A stretch of 28,108 nt of DNA from Eubacteriales bacterium (GCA_051887995.1 JBJFAQ010000066.1:1-28108); one strand, 5' to 3'; counted from the stretch's first letter, positions 9,147-17,943 are shown. The notes: a model not told the origin generated them from the sequence alone. Translations and numbers: made by a program.

Positions 9147-9881
9147 TTACATGCTCTCTTCTCTCTTTTTCTTGTACTCCGAGGGAGATATTCCCGTGCG
9201 CGAGCGGAAAAATCGTGAAAAGGCGAGCACATCACCGAATCCGACTTCTGCTCCAACCTCGGTCACACTTATCTTCCCGTCAAGAAGAAGCTCCTTCGCC
9301 CTGTCAAGGCGAAGCTGCATAAGATATTCCTTCGGCGATACACCCTCCTCAGCGCAAAAAAGCGTACGCAGATAACACCTGTCAACATGAAGAAGTCCCG
9401 CAAGCTCCCCGATACGTATATTCTCACCGAGGTTAAGTTCAAGATAACGCCTGGCAGAATCCACGTACGGGGAGCGTTTTTTTGTCTGGCACGTGTGAAA
9501 TGAAAGCAAAACCGAAGCGAGTCCTCGCGCGCATAGGTCGTTGCGCGGTTTATACTGCCCCTCATGCGTAAAAGTCCTGTAAAGCGACATAAGCTCGTCA
9601 GACCACCAGAAATCAAACGCTCCGGACGCTGAAACAGGCAGCTTTCCGTCTATTCTTACCCAGATATACTTCCATGGGTCCGTCGGCTCCGGGCGGTAAG
9701 TAACGGAATCCCCATAAAGGCATACAAATCCCTTTCCTGCCGAAAGCTCTTTTCCGCAGAAGTATCCTCGTCCGCCAAGAATATAGTGGATTGCATTCCA
9801 CGGGTATTTTGCGGCTCTGACCGGAGCTTTTGACGACTCACATTCCTCGTAGACCATTTCCGTAAGTATGGCTTCCTGCAT
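9147..9881 (-). CDS. AraC family transcriptional regulator (MsmR/BgaR-like)
   Basis: AIHYILGGRGYF and PWKYIWV arabinose-binding-like domain. VTEVGAEVGFGDVLAFSRFFRSRTGISPSEY HTH signature. GAGGAG RBS. Confidence 0.95.
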   Translation of the reverse strand: MQEAILTEMVYEECESSKAPVRAAKYPWNAIHYILGGRGYFCGKELSAGKGFVCLYGDSVTYRPEPTDPWKYIWVRIDGKLPVSASGAFDFWWSDELMSLYRTFTHEGQYKPRNDLCARGLASVLLSFHTCQTKKRSPYVDSARRYLELNLGENIRIGELAGLLHVDRCYLRTLFCAEEGVSPKEYLMQLRLDRAKELLLDGKISVTEVGAEVGFGDVLAFSRFFRSRTGISPSEYKKKREESM

Positions 9882-9910
9882 TATTATATCTCCTCATGAA
9901 ACTTATGCAC

Positions 9911-9971
9911 TCATTTTACCATATAAATGTATCATTTTGCAATACCATATTTTCATGTATATGCTTAAAAT
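9911..9971 (+). promoter_or_regulatory. Candidate AraC-activated promoter of the GH2 gene
   Basis: TCATTTT at 9911 and 9932 and TCAT at 9953 (21-bp periodicity). TAAAAT -10 at 9966-9971 with a poor -35. Confidence 0.45.
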
Positions 9972-10000
9972 TAAAGAAAAAGCCAAGGAGAAATAATTAT

Positions 10001-13000
10001 ATGGATACCGATTTTGCCATATGCGGCACACACATAAGTTCAAGCCTTTCCCATTTTATCGAAAACCCGCAATGTATCTCGGTTTCGCGCCTTGAGCCGC
10101 GCGCAAACCTCGTTCCCGCACTCCATGAAGGCGTTTTCTTCCGCACAAAGGAGCTGTCCGAACTTTTTCAGAATCTTGACGGCGACTGGAAATTTCTTTA
10201 CGCCGAGGAAGGAGACACCGCTCCGGATTTCTTTGACGTGACGCTTGACGATACGTTTTGGGACACCATTGACGTCCCCTCCATGTGGCAGTACCGGGGC
10301 TACGGAAAATGCATGTATTCAAATACACGCTATCCGATTCCGTTCTGCCCGCCTAAAATCACCTGTAAAAATCCCGTCGGTTATTACCGGCTTCATTTCG
10401 CCGTAAAAAAGAAAACCGCTCACACCCTGCTTCATTTCTGCGGGGTTGACAACGCGTTTTTCGTATATGTAAACGGCATCTTCGCAGGTTTTTCCAAAGG
10501 CAGCCGCAATCCGGCGGAGTTTGACATTTCAAACCTTATACGTGAGGGAGAAAATCTGCTCTGCGTCAAGGTTTTCACATATTCCGACGCAACATACCTT
10601 GAAAATCAGGACATGCTAATGGCAAACGGCATTTTCCGGGACGTATATCTTCTGCATCTTGGCGACGCATACCTCTGGGACTACCGGGTAAATGGAAGTA
10701 AAAAAGGCTTTCTTATAACGGCTGAGCTCAGGGGAAAACCAGATGGCTGTACCCTCACGGCACAGCTTGACGGTATAGGAAAACCTCTAAGTCAAGACGG
10801 CGAAAAGCTCTCGTGCTTCTTTCCTCTCGAAAATCCCCGCCTTTGGAACGCTGAAGAACCTAATCTTTATAGTCTGACGCTTACGCTTGAAAAAGACGGA
10901 AAGCTGCTCGAGATACACAGCAAACGCGTCGGAATAATGCACACCGAAGTCGTTGGAACAGAGCTTATGGTAAACGGAAAGACCGTCACAATAAAAGGCG
11001 TCAACCGACACGAATATGACCCCAAAAACGGAAGAACCGTTACAGTCGAGCTTATCGAAAGAGAGCTAAGAGAGATAAAGGCAAGCAATCTCAACGCCGT
11101 GCGCTGCTCTCACTACACAAATCACCCGGCTTTCTATGAAATAGCCAGTGAAATCGGACTTTACGTTATGGATGAAGCGGACATCGAGACCCACGGCTGT
11201 GAGGTGACAGGAAATCAGGGCTATATTTCGGCGCTTCCTGAATGGTTTGATGCGTACCGTGACCGAATCGTTCGTATGCTTGAAAATGACAAAAACGAAG
11301 CGTGCATTTTTCTCCGGTCGCTCGGCAACGAGGCAGGCTTCGGGGAAAATCTGACAAAATGCGCACAGCTCATAAGAGACTTTGACCCCGACACGGAAAT
11401 AATGCAGGGTGGAGAGACAGAACAAGTCTATTCTCCCCTGCTGAGATTCGGATACCCGTCCGTAGAAATGCTTGACGATTTCGGAAAGAAGCATCCGGAT
11501 CTGCCGCTCCTCAACATTGAATTCTGCCACGCCATGGGAAACAGCCCAGGATATATCGAACAGTACTGGGACTATATTTACTCTCATGAAAACTGTATCG
11601 GAGGCTTTGTATGGGAATACAAAAATCACGGCTTTTTTTCAAAAGGAAAAGAAGGAAAAGCGTCCTATCTTTACGGCGGCGACTTTGGGGAAGCATATCA
11701 CTGGGCAAACTTCTGTCTTGACGGCTTCCACCTTTCGGACGGAACACCGAAGCCCACGTGGCGCGAACTGGAAATTGCACTCTTCCCTGCCCACGTAACT
11801 CTCGACGGCGAAAAAATCAGAATAAAAAACACAAATGATTTCCTTCCGATTGACTTTTCCTGCCGCACGGAGCTTCTCTGCGACTATACGGTCATCTCTT
11901 CCGCCCCACTTTCTCTAAACAAAATTCCGCCGCGCGGCGAATCGCTCTTTGAGCTTCCGTTTGAGCTTCCCGAGCCTGAACCCGGCGCAAAATATTATCT
12001 TAACGTCATCTTCTCGGACAGCGAAAAAGAGCTTTGCAGAGTCCAGAAAGAAATACCTCTTTCCGCGCCGAAGACGCCGCCGAAATCGGAAAACGGCGCA
12101 TCGCTCTCGCTCTTTCGAGAGGGCGATACGCTTACGGTAAAGGGCGACGGATTTTCCGTCTCGGTGTGCGGCGGTATGATATGCTCTTACAAAAAGAACG
12201 GGAAAGAGCTAATCGAAAAAGCAATGAAAATGAATTTTTTCCGTGCTCCGACCGACAACGACGGTATTGAGCATTTTTGGAAGCGTCACATTACGGATTG
12301 GGAAAACTCCATGCTCGCCCACCTCGAATTTCGCCCGACAAAAATAACCTGCTCGGACCGGAACGACCGAATGAAGATAACAGCGGAAGGCATGATAGTG
12401 CCTCCGTCGCAGTTCATAGGCTTTGATGCCTCAATATCATATGAAATCTTTCCCGGCGGCCTCATACTTACAGAAATCACCGGAAAGCCCCTCGGAAAGC
12501 TGCCTGATGTGCTGCCAAGAATCGGCGTTTCATTTGGAATTGCAAAAAAATACGGAGGCGTCTGCTGGTATGGACGCGGTCCGCTCCAGAGTTATCCCGA
12601 CAGCAAGCTCGCTTCGCCCGCCGGACTTCACATATGCGATGTGAGGGAAATGAACTTTCTATTTGACTACCCGCAGGACACCGGAAACCACGAGGACACC
12701 TCGTTCCTGCGGCTTGAGAACGGGGAAGAAAAAGGACTATGTATTATAGGCTGTGACAGTTTTTCTTTTTCATATCATAATTTCACCGAGGAAAATCTGC
12801 TCAACGCGTGCCACCGAGACGAACTTACAGAGGCTGATTTCAATACGCTTCTTATCGACTACCGTGTGAGAGGACTTGGCAGCCGTTCCTGCGGACCGGA
12901 ACCGGAAGAGGAATTCGAGTTGCATCCGCACCGTTTCAGATTTGTGTTTGGAATGTGCGGTGGCGAGAGTAATAATACGCTCCTTAACATCGTTCGCACA

Positions 13001-13099
13001 GATTTCGGCAAAAAAAGCGAACCTCTCTCTGCTCGCTATATATATATTCCAGAAAAGGCTGCGGAACAGTTTGCCTCCTGCGGAAATCCCGACGACTGA
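10001..13099 (+). CDS. Glycoside hydrolase family 2 beta-galactosidase (LacZ/EbgA-like, no signal peptide)
   Basis: HFCGVDNAF, IKGVNRHEYDP, LNAVRCSHY, DEADIETHG, SLGNE (acid/base Glu), EFCHAMGNS (nucleophile Glu), GGFVWEY, C-terminal Bgal_small-like domain. Start placed at ATG 10001 after AAGGAG (9985-9990). Confidence 0.93.
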   Translation: MDTDFAICGTHISSSLSHFIENPQCISVSRLEPRANLVPALHEGVFFRTKELSELFQNLDGDWKFLYAEEGDTAPDFFDVTLDDTFWDTIDVPSMWQYRGYGKCMYSNTRYPIPFCPPKITCKNPVGYYRLHFAVKKKTAHTLLHFCGVDNAFFVYVNGIFAGFSKGSRNPAEFDISNLIREGENLLCVKVFTYSDATYLENQDMLMANGIFRDVYLLHLGDAYLWDYRVNGSKKGFLITAELRGKPDGCTLTAQLDGIGKPLSQDGEKLSCFFPLENPRLWNAEEPNLYSLTLTLEKDGKLLEIHSKRVGIMHTEVVGTELMVNGKTVTIKGVNRHEYDPKNGRTVTVELIERELREIKASNLNAVRCSHYTNHPAFYEIASEIGLYVMDEADIETHGCEVTGNQGYISALPEWFDAYRDRIVRMLENDKNEACIFLRSLGNEAGFGENLTKCAQLIRDFDPDTEIMQGGETEQVYSPLLRFGYPSVEMLDDFGKKHPDLPLLNIEFCHAMGNSPGYIEQYWDYIYSHENCIGGFVWEYKNHGFFSKGKEGKASYLYGGDFGEAYHWANFCLDGFHLSDGTPKPTWRELEIALFPAHVTLDGEKIRIKNTNDFLPIDFSCRTELLCDYTVISSAPLSLNKIPPRGESLFELPFELPEPEPGAKYYLNVIFSDSEKELCRVQKEIPLSAPKTPPKSENGASLSLFREGDTLTVKGDGFSVSVCGGMICSYKKNGKELIEKAMKMNFFRAPTDNDGIEHFWKRHITDWENSMLAHLEFRPTKITCSDRNDRMKITAEGMIVPPSQFIGFDASISYEIFPGGLILTEITGKPLGKLPDVLPRIGVSFGIAKKYGGVCWYGRGPLQSYPDSKLASPAGLHICDVREMNFLFDYPQDTGNHEDTSFLRLENGEEKGLCIIGCDSFSFSYHNFTEENLLNACHRDELTEADFNTLLIDYRVRGLGSRSCGPEPEEEFELHPHRFRFVFGMCGGESNNTLLNIVRTDFGKKSEPLSARYIYIPEKAAEQFASCGNPDD

Positions 13100-13133
13100 A
13101 AAAAGCCCGCCTTTTCCGACCTTTAAACGCGGC

Positions 13134-13175
13134 AAAAAAAGACCTGTGACGCAATATGCGTCACAGGTCTTTTTT
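13134..13175. terminator. Bidirectional rho-independent terminator for the GH2 gene and tRNA-Trp
   Basis: A7-GACCTGTGACGCA-ATA-TGCGTCACAGGTC-T6: perfect 13-bp stem with flanking A and T tracts. Confidence 0.92.
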
Positions 13176-13250
13176 GGCAGGGGAGCAGGGACTCGAACCC
13201 CGGGCACGCGGTTTTGGAGACCGCTGCTCTACCAACTGAGCTACACCCCT
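13175..13250 (-). tRNA. tRNA-Trp (anticodon CCA), 76 nt, 3' CCA encoded
   Basis: Reverse complement AGGGGTGTAGCTCAGTTGGTAGAGCAGCGGTCTCCAAAACCGCGTGCCCGGGGTTCGAGTCCCTGCTCCCCTGCCA folds as a cloverleaf with anticodon loop CT-CCA-AA and T-loop TTCGAGT. Confidence 0.97.
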
Positions 13251-13271
13251 ATTTTTCGTGGAACGGGTTAT

Positions 13272-13300
13272 AGTATATCACAAAAAAACAGATTTTGCAA
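13272..13300 (-). promoter_or_regulatory. SigmaA promoter of tRNA-Trp
   Basis: TTGCAA (13295-13300), 17-nt spacer, extended -10 TGaTATACT (hexamer 13272-13277). A/T-rich UP-like tract upstream. Confidence 0.75.
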
Positions 13301-13343
13301 TACTTTTTTTCGCAAAAAAGAAATTTTTTTGCATAAATTCACA

Positions 13344-13877
13344 TTAAAGCTCCACAAAATCGGCAAGATTTATAAATTCCACGCCGGAAAGCAGCGCGTT
13401 GCGGCAGGTATAGTACGTTCCGCCGTGCTGAGTGGTGCAGAACGCCACGCAAACGTCGCTCCCCTCAACAAGCAGACGGTTGCGGGCATAGTAGCTTTTC
13501 GTCGTGCAGTGGTCGGATACGTATGTGATACCGTCGCACTTGTCAAGTATCATTTTATATATTATGCTGTCGTATTCGGAGTATTTAAAGGTCTGGTCCG
13601 GCGCAGGGAGGCAAAGAAACAGCTTCACGCCGCTGTCCGGAACGCTGTATTTAAGATCAAGCACGGCAAGCGCCGCCATCGTGTCAAAGCCTATCGCGCC
13701 GCCCGTCTTAAAGGTGCGCGCGCCGCGGTCATAAAGCGAATAGAGAAATTGTCTCAGCACCCCGTCAAGCTGCGGACGAAGGCTCTCTTTGATATTTCTG
13801 TGCCCTGTAAAGCAAACGGTGCTTATCTCATCGTTCCACAGTCCCGCATTCTCATCTTCAAGCTGCCTTTTTTCCAT
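13344..13877 (-). CDS. SLOG superfamily protein (YpsA/DUF1273-like)
   Basis: VCFTGHR, FKTGGAIGFDTMAA, ARNRLLVEGSDVCVAF and GGTYYT motifs of the YpsA/DUF1273 SLOG clade. Confidence 0.85.
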   Translation of the reverse strand: MEKRQLEDENAGLWNDEISTVCFTGHRNIKESLRPQLDGVLRQFLYSLYDRGARTFKTGGAIGFDTMAALAVLDLKYSVPDSGVKLFLCLPAPDQTFKYSEYDSIIYKMILDKCDGITYVSDHCTTKSYYARNRLLVEGSDVCVAFCTTQHGGTYYTCRNALLSGVEFINLADFVEL

Positions 13878-13906
13878 TTCCGTCCCTGCCTTTCACGTGC
13901 GATGAC

Positions 13907-13935
13907 AGTTTAGCACATTTTCGCGTGTTTTACAA
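13907..13935 (-). promoter_or_regulatory. Probable sigmaA promoter of the SLOG gene
   Basis: TTGTAA (13930-13935), 17-nt spacer, extended -10 TGcTAAACT (hexamer 13907-13912). Confidence 0.55.
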
Positions 13936-14069
13936 GTCCCCCGCCGTAATTTTCGTATGACCGAATAACATATTTTCCTTTTCTCCCGCCATTTCCGCGT
14001 CATTTTCCGCTTCCCTGTCCGATTTTTCCGGACGCAAACCGTCATTTCCTCATTTTTTCCTACCCGGTA

Positions 14070-14126
14070 TGACGAAAAAACCGCCCTCATCCTCTGACAA
14101 GTTACGCACATTCGGCAGTTTACAAT
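14070..14126 (+). promoter_or_regulatory. Candidate Spo0A-dependent spoIIE promoter with 0A boxes
   Basis: TGACGAA (14070-14076) and reverse TGCCGAA (14111-14117) match TGNCGAA. CTGACA (14094-14099), 21-nt spacer, TACAAT (14121-14126). Confidence 0.65.
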
Positions 14127-14180
14127 AGCCTTACCGCAAAAAGGAATTTATACCTTTTATATGAAAGGAATGGTCAGAAA

Positions 14181-16658
14181 ATGAAACTGCAAAAGAAAAG
14201 GAAAAAGGAAATCACACAGGGAACTCAAGCGGGAGGCGAAAGAGCCTTGCGGAGCGGCATAAGAGGGATTCTTACCTCGCTTTTTGACGCGGCAGACAGC
14301 GAATTTGCAGACCCAAAAGCGCTTTTGATGCGCGCTCTGCGCGGGCTCGCCTACGCCGTGCTCTCCTTCCTTCTCGGAAGAACCTCGCTTTTGCTTGATA
14401 CATATCCGCTCGGAATTTCTCTGCTCTGCACTGCCGAAAAAAACGTGTTTTATCTGTGGGCGGGAGCGGTTGTCTCTGCGTTCTCCGTCGGCGGAGGGGA
14501 AAACGGAATCATCTTCTCGCCGTATATATATGCGGCATCATACACGATAATTCCGGTCGTCCGCATGGCGGCAAGATGTTTTATCGACGTACCGGACGGC
14601 TTTTCACCGCGCAGACTGTTTTCCCCGTCGGGAAAAAAAGAGCGCGCGGACAGCCGGCGTCTTATATGGCAGGCGCGCTTCAGGGAAAACATCTATCTTC
14701 GCATGGCGACCGCCTGCGTCTCGGCTTTTCTCGTGAGCCTTTACGCCATGAGCAGCGACGGCTATCGCTTTTACGACTTGTTTTCCGCCATGTTTTCAAT
14801 GGTCGCCGCACCTGCATTTACTTTTCTGTTCTCCGGTATATACTCCGAGCGAGAGAGCCGCCTCGGAAAAGTGCTTTTTGCGGCGGCTTTCTACGGGCTT
14901 TTCTTTTCCCTTGTGTTTTCCTTACGCGATGTAACCGTATTCGGCGTTCACGGCTCCGTCTTTGCCGCATTCGCCGCAACGCTTTTTATAAGCAGAAGGA
15001 AAGGTATTCTCGAGGGCTGTGGGGCGGGACTTATCGGCGGTCTTGCGGTCTCCGCGTCGTACTCGCCCGCGTTTGTGCTGGCATCGCTTGCGTCCGGACT
15101 GCTGTGGAACAGCTCGCCGTTTGCGGCAGTCAGCACGGCGTGTACCTCGGCGCTGCTCTGGGGCGCGTATATTGAAGGGCTAAACGCACTCACCTTTCTT
15201 GTACCTGCGCTGCTCTCTTCGTCTGTGCTCGTGCTCGCCGCCGACTCAGTGCTTGCGCTCCCGCGCCCCGTACCAAAGGAAAGGTACGCAGAGGAGGACA
15301 TTCCGTGTACTGCTGCTCCGCCGGAGGAGGAAATCTCCGCAAAAGAACGCATGGAGCGGCTCAGCCGCACTTTTTCTTCTCTTGCCGAGACGCTTTACCG
15401 TCTGTCGGATCGTCTTAAATCTCCCGGCGAGAGCGAAATACGCGCCATCTGCGAGCGTTCCTGCCTCAGATACTGCAAAAAATGCGTAAGAAACGACTCC
15501 TGCCGTACCGAAAACTATCGGGACTATTCGGCTCTTGTAGATAAGCTGTGCGAGGTGCTCGGAACGGACGGGAGAATAAACGCATCGAAAATTCCGGAGT
15601 ACGCAAAAGAAACCTGCCTCAATTTTACGATGATTTGCGAGGAGGCGAACACGGAATTTGCCGAGCTTGTCAAGTGCTGTCTGCAAAACGAGAAAACAGA
15701 GCTGTTCGCGCTCGATTACGACGCGGTCTCCCACATCATTTCAGAAGCGATAGACGCGGAAACCCGTGAAAGAAGCTCAGACGAAGAGCTTAGCGAAGTC
15801 CTTCGTCGCTACGGCGAAAGAGAGGACGTCGGAATACACGAAATTACGGTAACGGGAAGCAGAAAAAAACACATTTTTGCAGGAAGCCTAAGTACCGCAG
15901 CCGAGAAAACAGGCGCGGACGAGCTGAGAAAATCGCTTGAGCAGGTCTGCGGATTTCCGCTTACAGAGCTTGTTTTTGAGCTGAGGGGCGGAAAAGTGGC
16001 AATGCGCACCGAATCGGCGCGGAAATTTTCGGTTGAGAGCGCCAAATCCGTAATCGGAGCCGAAGACGAGGTTTGCGGAGACACCGTCAGGCTTTTTGAG
16101 ACGCCGGAAGATAACTTTTACTCGGTTATAAGCGACGGAATGGGTTCAGGCTCAGACGCGGCGCTGACCTCGGAAATATGCGCAGAATTTCTTGAAAAAA
16201 TGCTTGAAGGCGGCAACCGAAAGGAAACGTCGCTCAAAATGCTGAACACGCTTTTGCGCGCAAAAGGGACGGAATGTTCGGCAACGGTTGACCTCATGGA
16301 AATAGACCTTATTTGCGGCAGAGCGTGCTTTGTGAAAAGCGGCGCGGCGCCGTCGTTTGTCAAGCGCGGAGACAAGCTGTACAAGCTTCGCAGCGGAACT
16401 GTTCCAATCGGCATACTCCGCGCGATAGAAGCAGAACAGCTTCGCTTTGACCTTGAGGACGGGGACGTCATTATCATGCTCAGCGACGGCATCTCACAGT
16501 CGCCCGAGGAATGTGTCTGGCTTATGGAAATGCTCGGCAGCGCATGGGACGGCGAGGAAAGCCTCGGGGACATAGCCGACCGCATAACGGAGCGCGCAAA
16601 GCGCGAGGGAAGCCGCGACGATATCTCGGTAACGCTGACACGCGTCAGATGCAATTAA
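14181..16658 (+). CDS. spoIIE: Stage II sporulation protein E (membrane PP2C-type phosphatase)
   Basis: 825 aa: multi-TM N-terminus, Cys-containing central domain (CLRYCKKCVRNDSC), C-terminal PP2C motifs VISDGMGSG, SATVDL, KSGAAPSF, MLSDGI and DDISV. Confidence 0.93.
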   Translation: MKLQKKRKKEITQGTQAGGERALRSGIRGILTSLFDAADSEFADPKALLMRALRGLAYAVLSFLLGRTSLLLDTYPLGISLLCTAEKNVFYLWAGAVVSAFSVGGGENGIIFSPYIYAASYTIIPVVRMAARCFIDVPDGFSPRRLFSPSGKKERADSRRLIWQARFRENIYLRMATACVSAFLVSLYAMSSDGYRFYDLFSAMFSMVAAPAFTFLFSGIYSERESRLGKVLFAAAFYGLFFSLVFSLRDVTVFGVHGSVFAAFAATLFISRRKGILEGCGAGLIGGLAVSASYSPAFVLASLASGLLWNSSPFAAVSTACTSALLWGAYIEGLNALTFLVPALLSSSVLVLAADSVLALPRPVPKERYAEEDIPCTAAPPEEEISAKERMERLSRTFSSLAETLYRLSDRLKSPGESEIRAICERSCLRYCKKCVRNDSCRTENYRDYSALVDKLCEVLGTDGRINASKIPEYAKETCLNFTMICEEANTEFAELVKCCLQNEKTELFALDYDAVSHIISEAIDAETRERSSDEELSEVLRRYGEREDVGIHEITVTGSRKKHIFAGSLSTAAEKTGADELRKSLEQVCGFPLTELVFELRGGKVAMRTESARKFSVESAKSVIGAEDEVCGDTVRLFETPEDNFYSVISDGMGSGSDAALTSEICAEFLEKMLEGGNRKETSLKMLNTLLRAKGTECSATVDLMEIDLICGRACFVKSGAAPSFVKRGDKLYKLRSGTVPIGILRAIEAEQLRFDLEDGDVIIMLSDGISQSPEECVWLMEMLGSAWDGEESLGDIADRITERAKREGSRDDISVTLTRVRCN

Positions 16659-16750
16659 AAGTTTTTAGTAAAAATTCTGATAAGGGGATATGCATGTACA
16701 TCGTCAAAGCGCTTCACCGTTCTTTATAATAGCAGAGGCAAAAAAGCGCC

Positions 16751-16791
16751 GAAACAGCAAGCCGCGCCAATATGGCGCGGCTTGCTATTTC
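16751..16791 (-). terminator. Stem-loop terminator between convergent spoIIE and PTS IIC genes
   Basis: AGCAAGCCGCGCCA-ATA-TGGCGCGGCTTGCT perfect 14-bp stem, extendable with a U-G pair on the minus strand. Confidence 0.75.
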
Positions 16792-16872
16792 AGATTAACA
16801 TGCAGACCGGCTCAAAGTGCACTTTCAAAGCCGATTTCCTTTATAAAAGACACCGAAAGCATTTTTTTCTTT

Positions 16873-17943
16873 TTAAAGCTCAAGCTGCATGTCGCCTGTT
16901 TTTATAAGACCGAAATGCCTCAGAATCTCGTTAAAGATAAGCGAGAGAATCGCCGGAAGAACAACGCAGACAAGCAGAAGTCCGACCCAGAAAAGCACGC
17001 CCTTGCTCTCCGTCGCCGATATTATTCCGAGCGGACCTACAAGCCCGCATGTCCCCATTCCGGCAGACACTCCGCTGCACTCAAGTCCAAATACCATTGT
17101 AGATATAGGTCCCGTCACCGCCGAAGCAAGCGTCGGAGGCAGCCATATAATCGGTTTTTTCACAATGTTGCCCATCTGAAGCATAGACGTTCCGAGTCCC
17201 TGCGCGGCAACGCCGCCCCATTTGTTTTCGCGGAAGCTGATAACGGCAAATCCAACCATCTGTGCGCAGCACCCGGCTGCCGCCGCTCCGCCGGCAAGTC
17301 CGGAAATTCCTATCATGGCGCATATCGCGGCGGAGCTTATCGGAAGCGTCAGTATTATGCCTACCGTCACGGAAATAATGATTCCCATAATAAAAGGCCT
17401 GAGCTCTGTCGTCGTGTTTATAAAGTCGCCGAGATAGTACATCGCCCACGCAATGGCGGGGCATATCGCCTTTGCAACGCCAAGACCCGTAAGAATCGTT
17501 ACGACCGGAGTAACGATTATATCTATTTTAGTCTCCTTCGAGACTATTTTTCCAAGCTCTGCCGCGATAAGAACGGCAACAAAAGCGCCGGCAGGACCTG
17601 CCGTAAGCGCCTTTTCCGCGCCCCCTATTGTAAATGTAGCACCGAGCGCATAGCCTGCCTGACCTACAACGCCCGCGCTGAACATTACAAGCGGCGGAGC
17701 TTTCAGCGAATTTGCGACGGCAACGCCGATGACGGCGCCGCTGACAGAGGAGGCAAAGCCGGATGCCTCAGCGAGAAAAGCGCCAAAGCTGCCGGGTATG
17801 TATTTTGCAATCGTGCCGAGTATTGTCCCTATGAGGAGCGTCGAGAAAAGCCCGAGCGCCATTGCTCCCATTGAATCGACAAAATACCTCTTTGCCGATA
17901 TTTCGACGCCCTTTCGTTTAAGAAATTCCTTAGCTTTGCTCAT
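16873..17943 (-). CDS. PTS_EIIC_2 / PfoR-like membrane permease (orphan PTS IIC-type)
   Basis: MGAMALGLFSTLLIGTIL, SKETKIDIIVTP, LTLPISSAAI, GCCAQMVGFAV, AQGLGTSMLQMGNI and GMGTCGLVG. Start placed at ATG 17943 after GGAGGG. Confidence 0.88.
   Translation of the reverse strand: MSKAKEFLKRKGVEISAKRYFVDSMGAMALGLFSTLLIGTILGTIAKYIPGSFGAFLAEASGFASSVSGAVIGVAVANSLKAPPLVMFSAGVVGQAGYALGATFTIGGAEKALTAGPAGAFVAVLIAAELGKIVSKETKIDIIVTPVVTILTGLGVAKAICPAIAWAMYYLGDFINTTTELRPFIMGIIISVTVGIILTLPISSAAICAMIGISGLAGGAAAAGCCAQMVGFAVISFRENKWGGVAAQGLGTSMLQMGNIVKKPIIWLPPTLASAVTGPISTMVFGLECSGVSAGMGTCGLVGPLGIISATESKGVLFWVGLLLVCVVLPAILSLIFNEILRHFGLIKTGDMQLEL

Noticed and set aside
13100-13260. tRNA-Trp as an integration site for the upstream sugar cluster
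   Set aside because: No integrase and no duplicated tRNA 3' end (att repeat) seen in the window. A normal terminator directly follows the tRNA.
16682-16729. Small ORF MYIVKALHRSL (16694-16729) with an AAGGGG RBS-like element after spoIIE
   Set aside because: Only 11 codons with no recognisable motif. It cannot be separated from chance without conservation or ribosome profiling data.
16814-16825. Perfect palindrome AAAGTGCACTTT as a LacI/cre-type operator
   Set aside because: It lies between two convergent 3' ends with no promoter to control, and lacks the central CG of cre/LacI sites.
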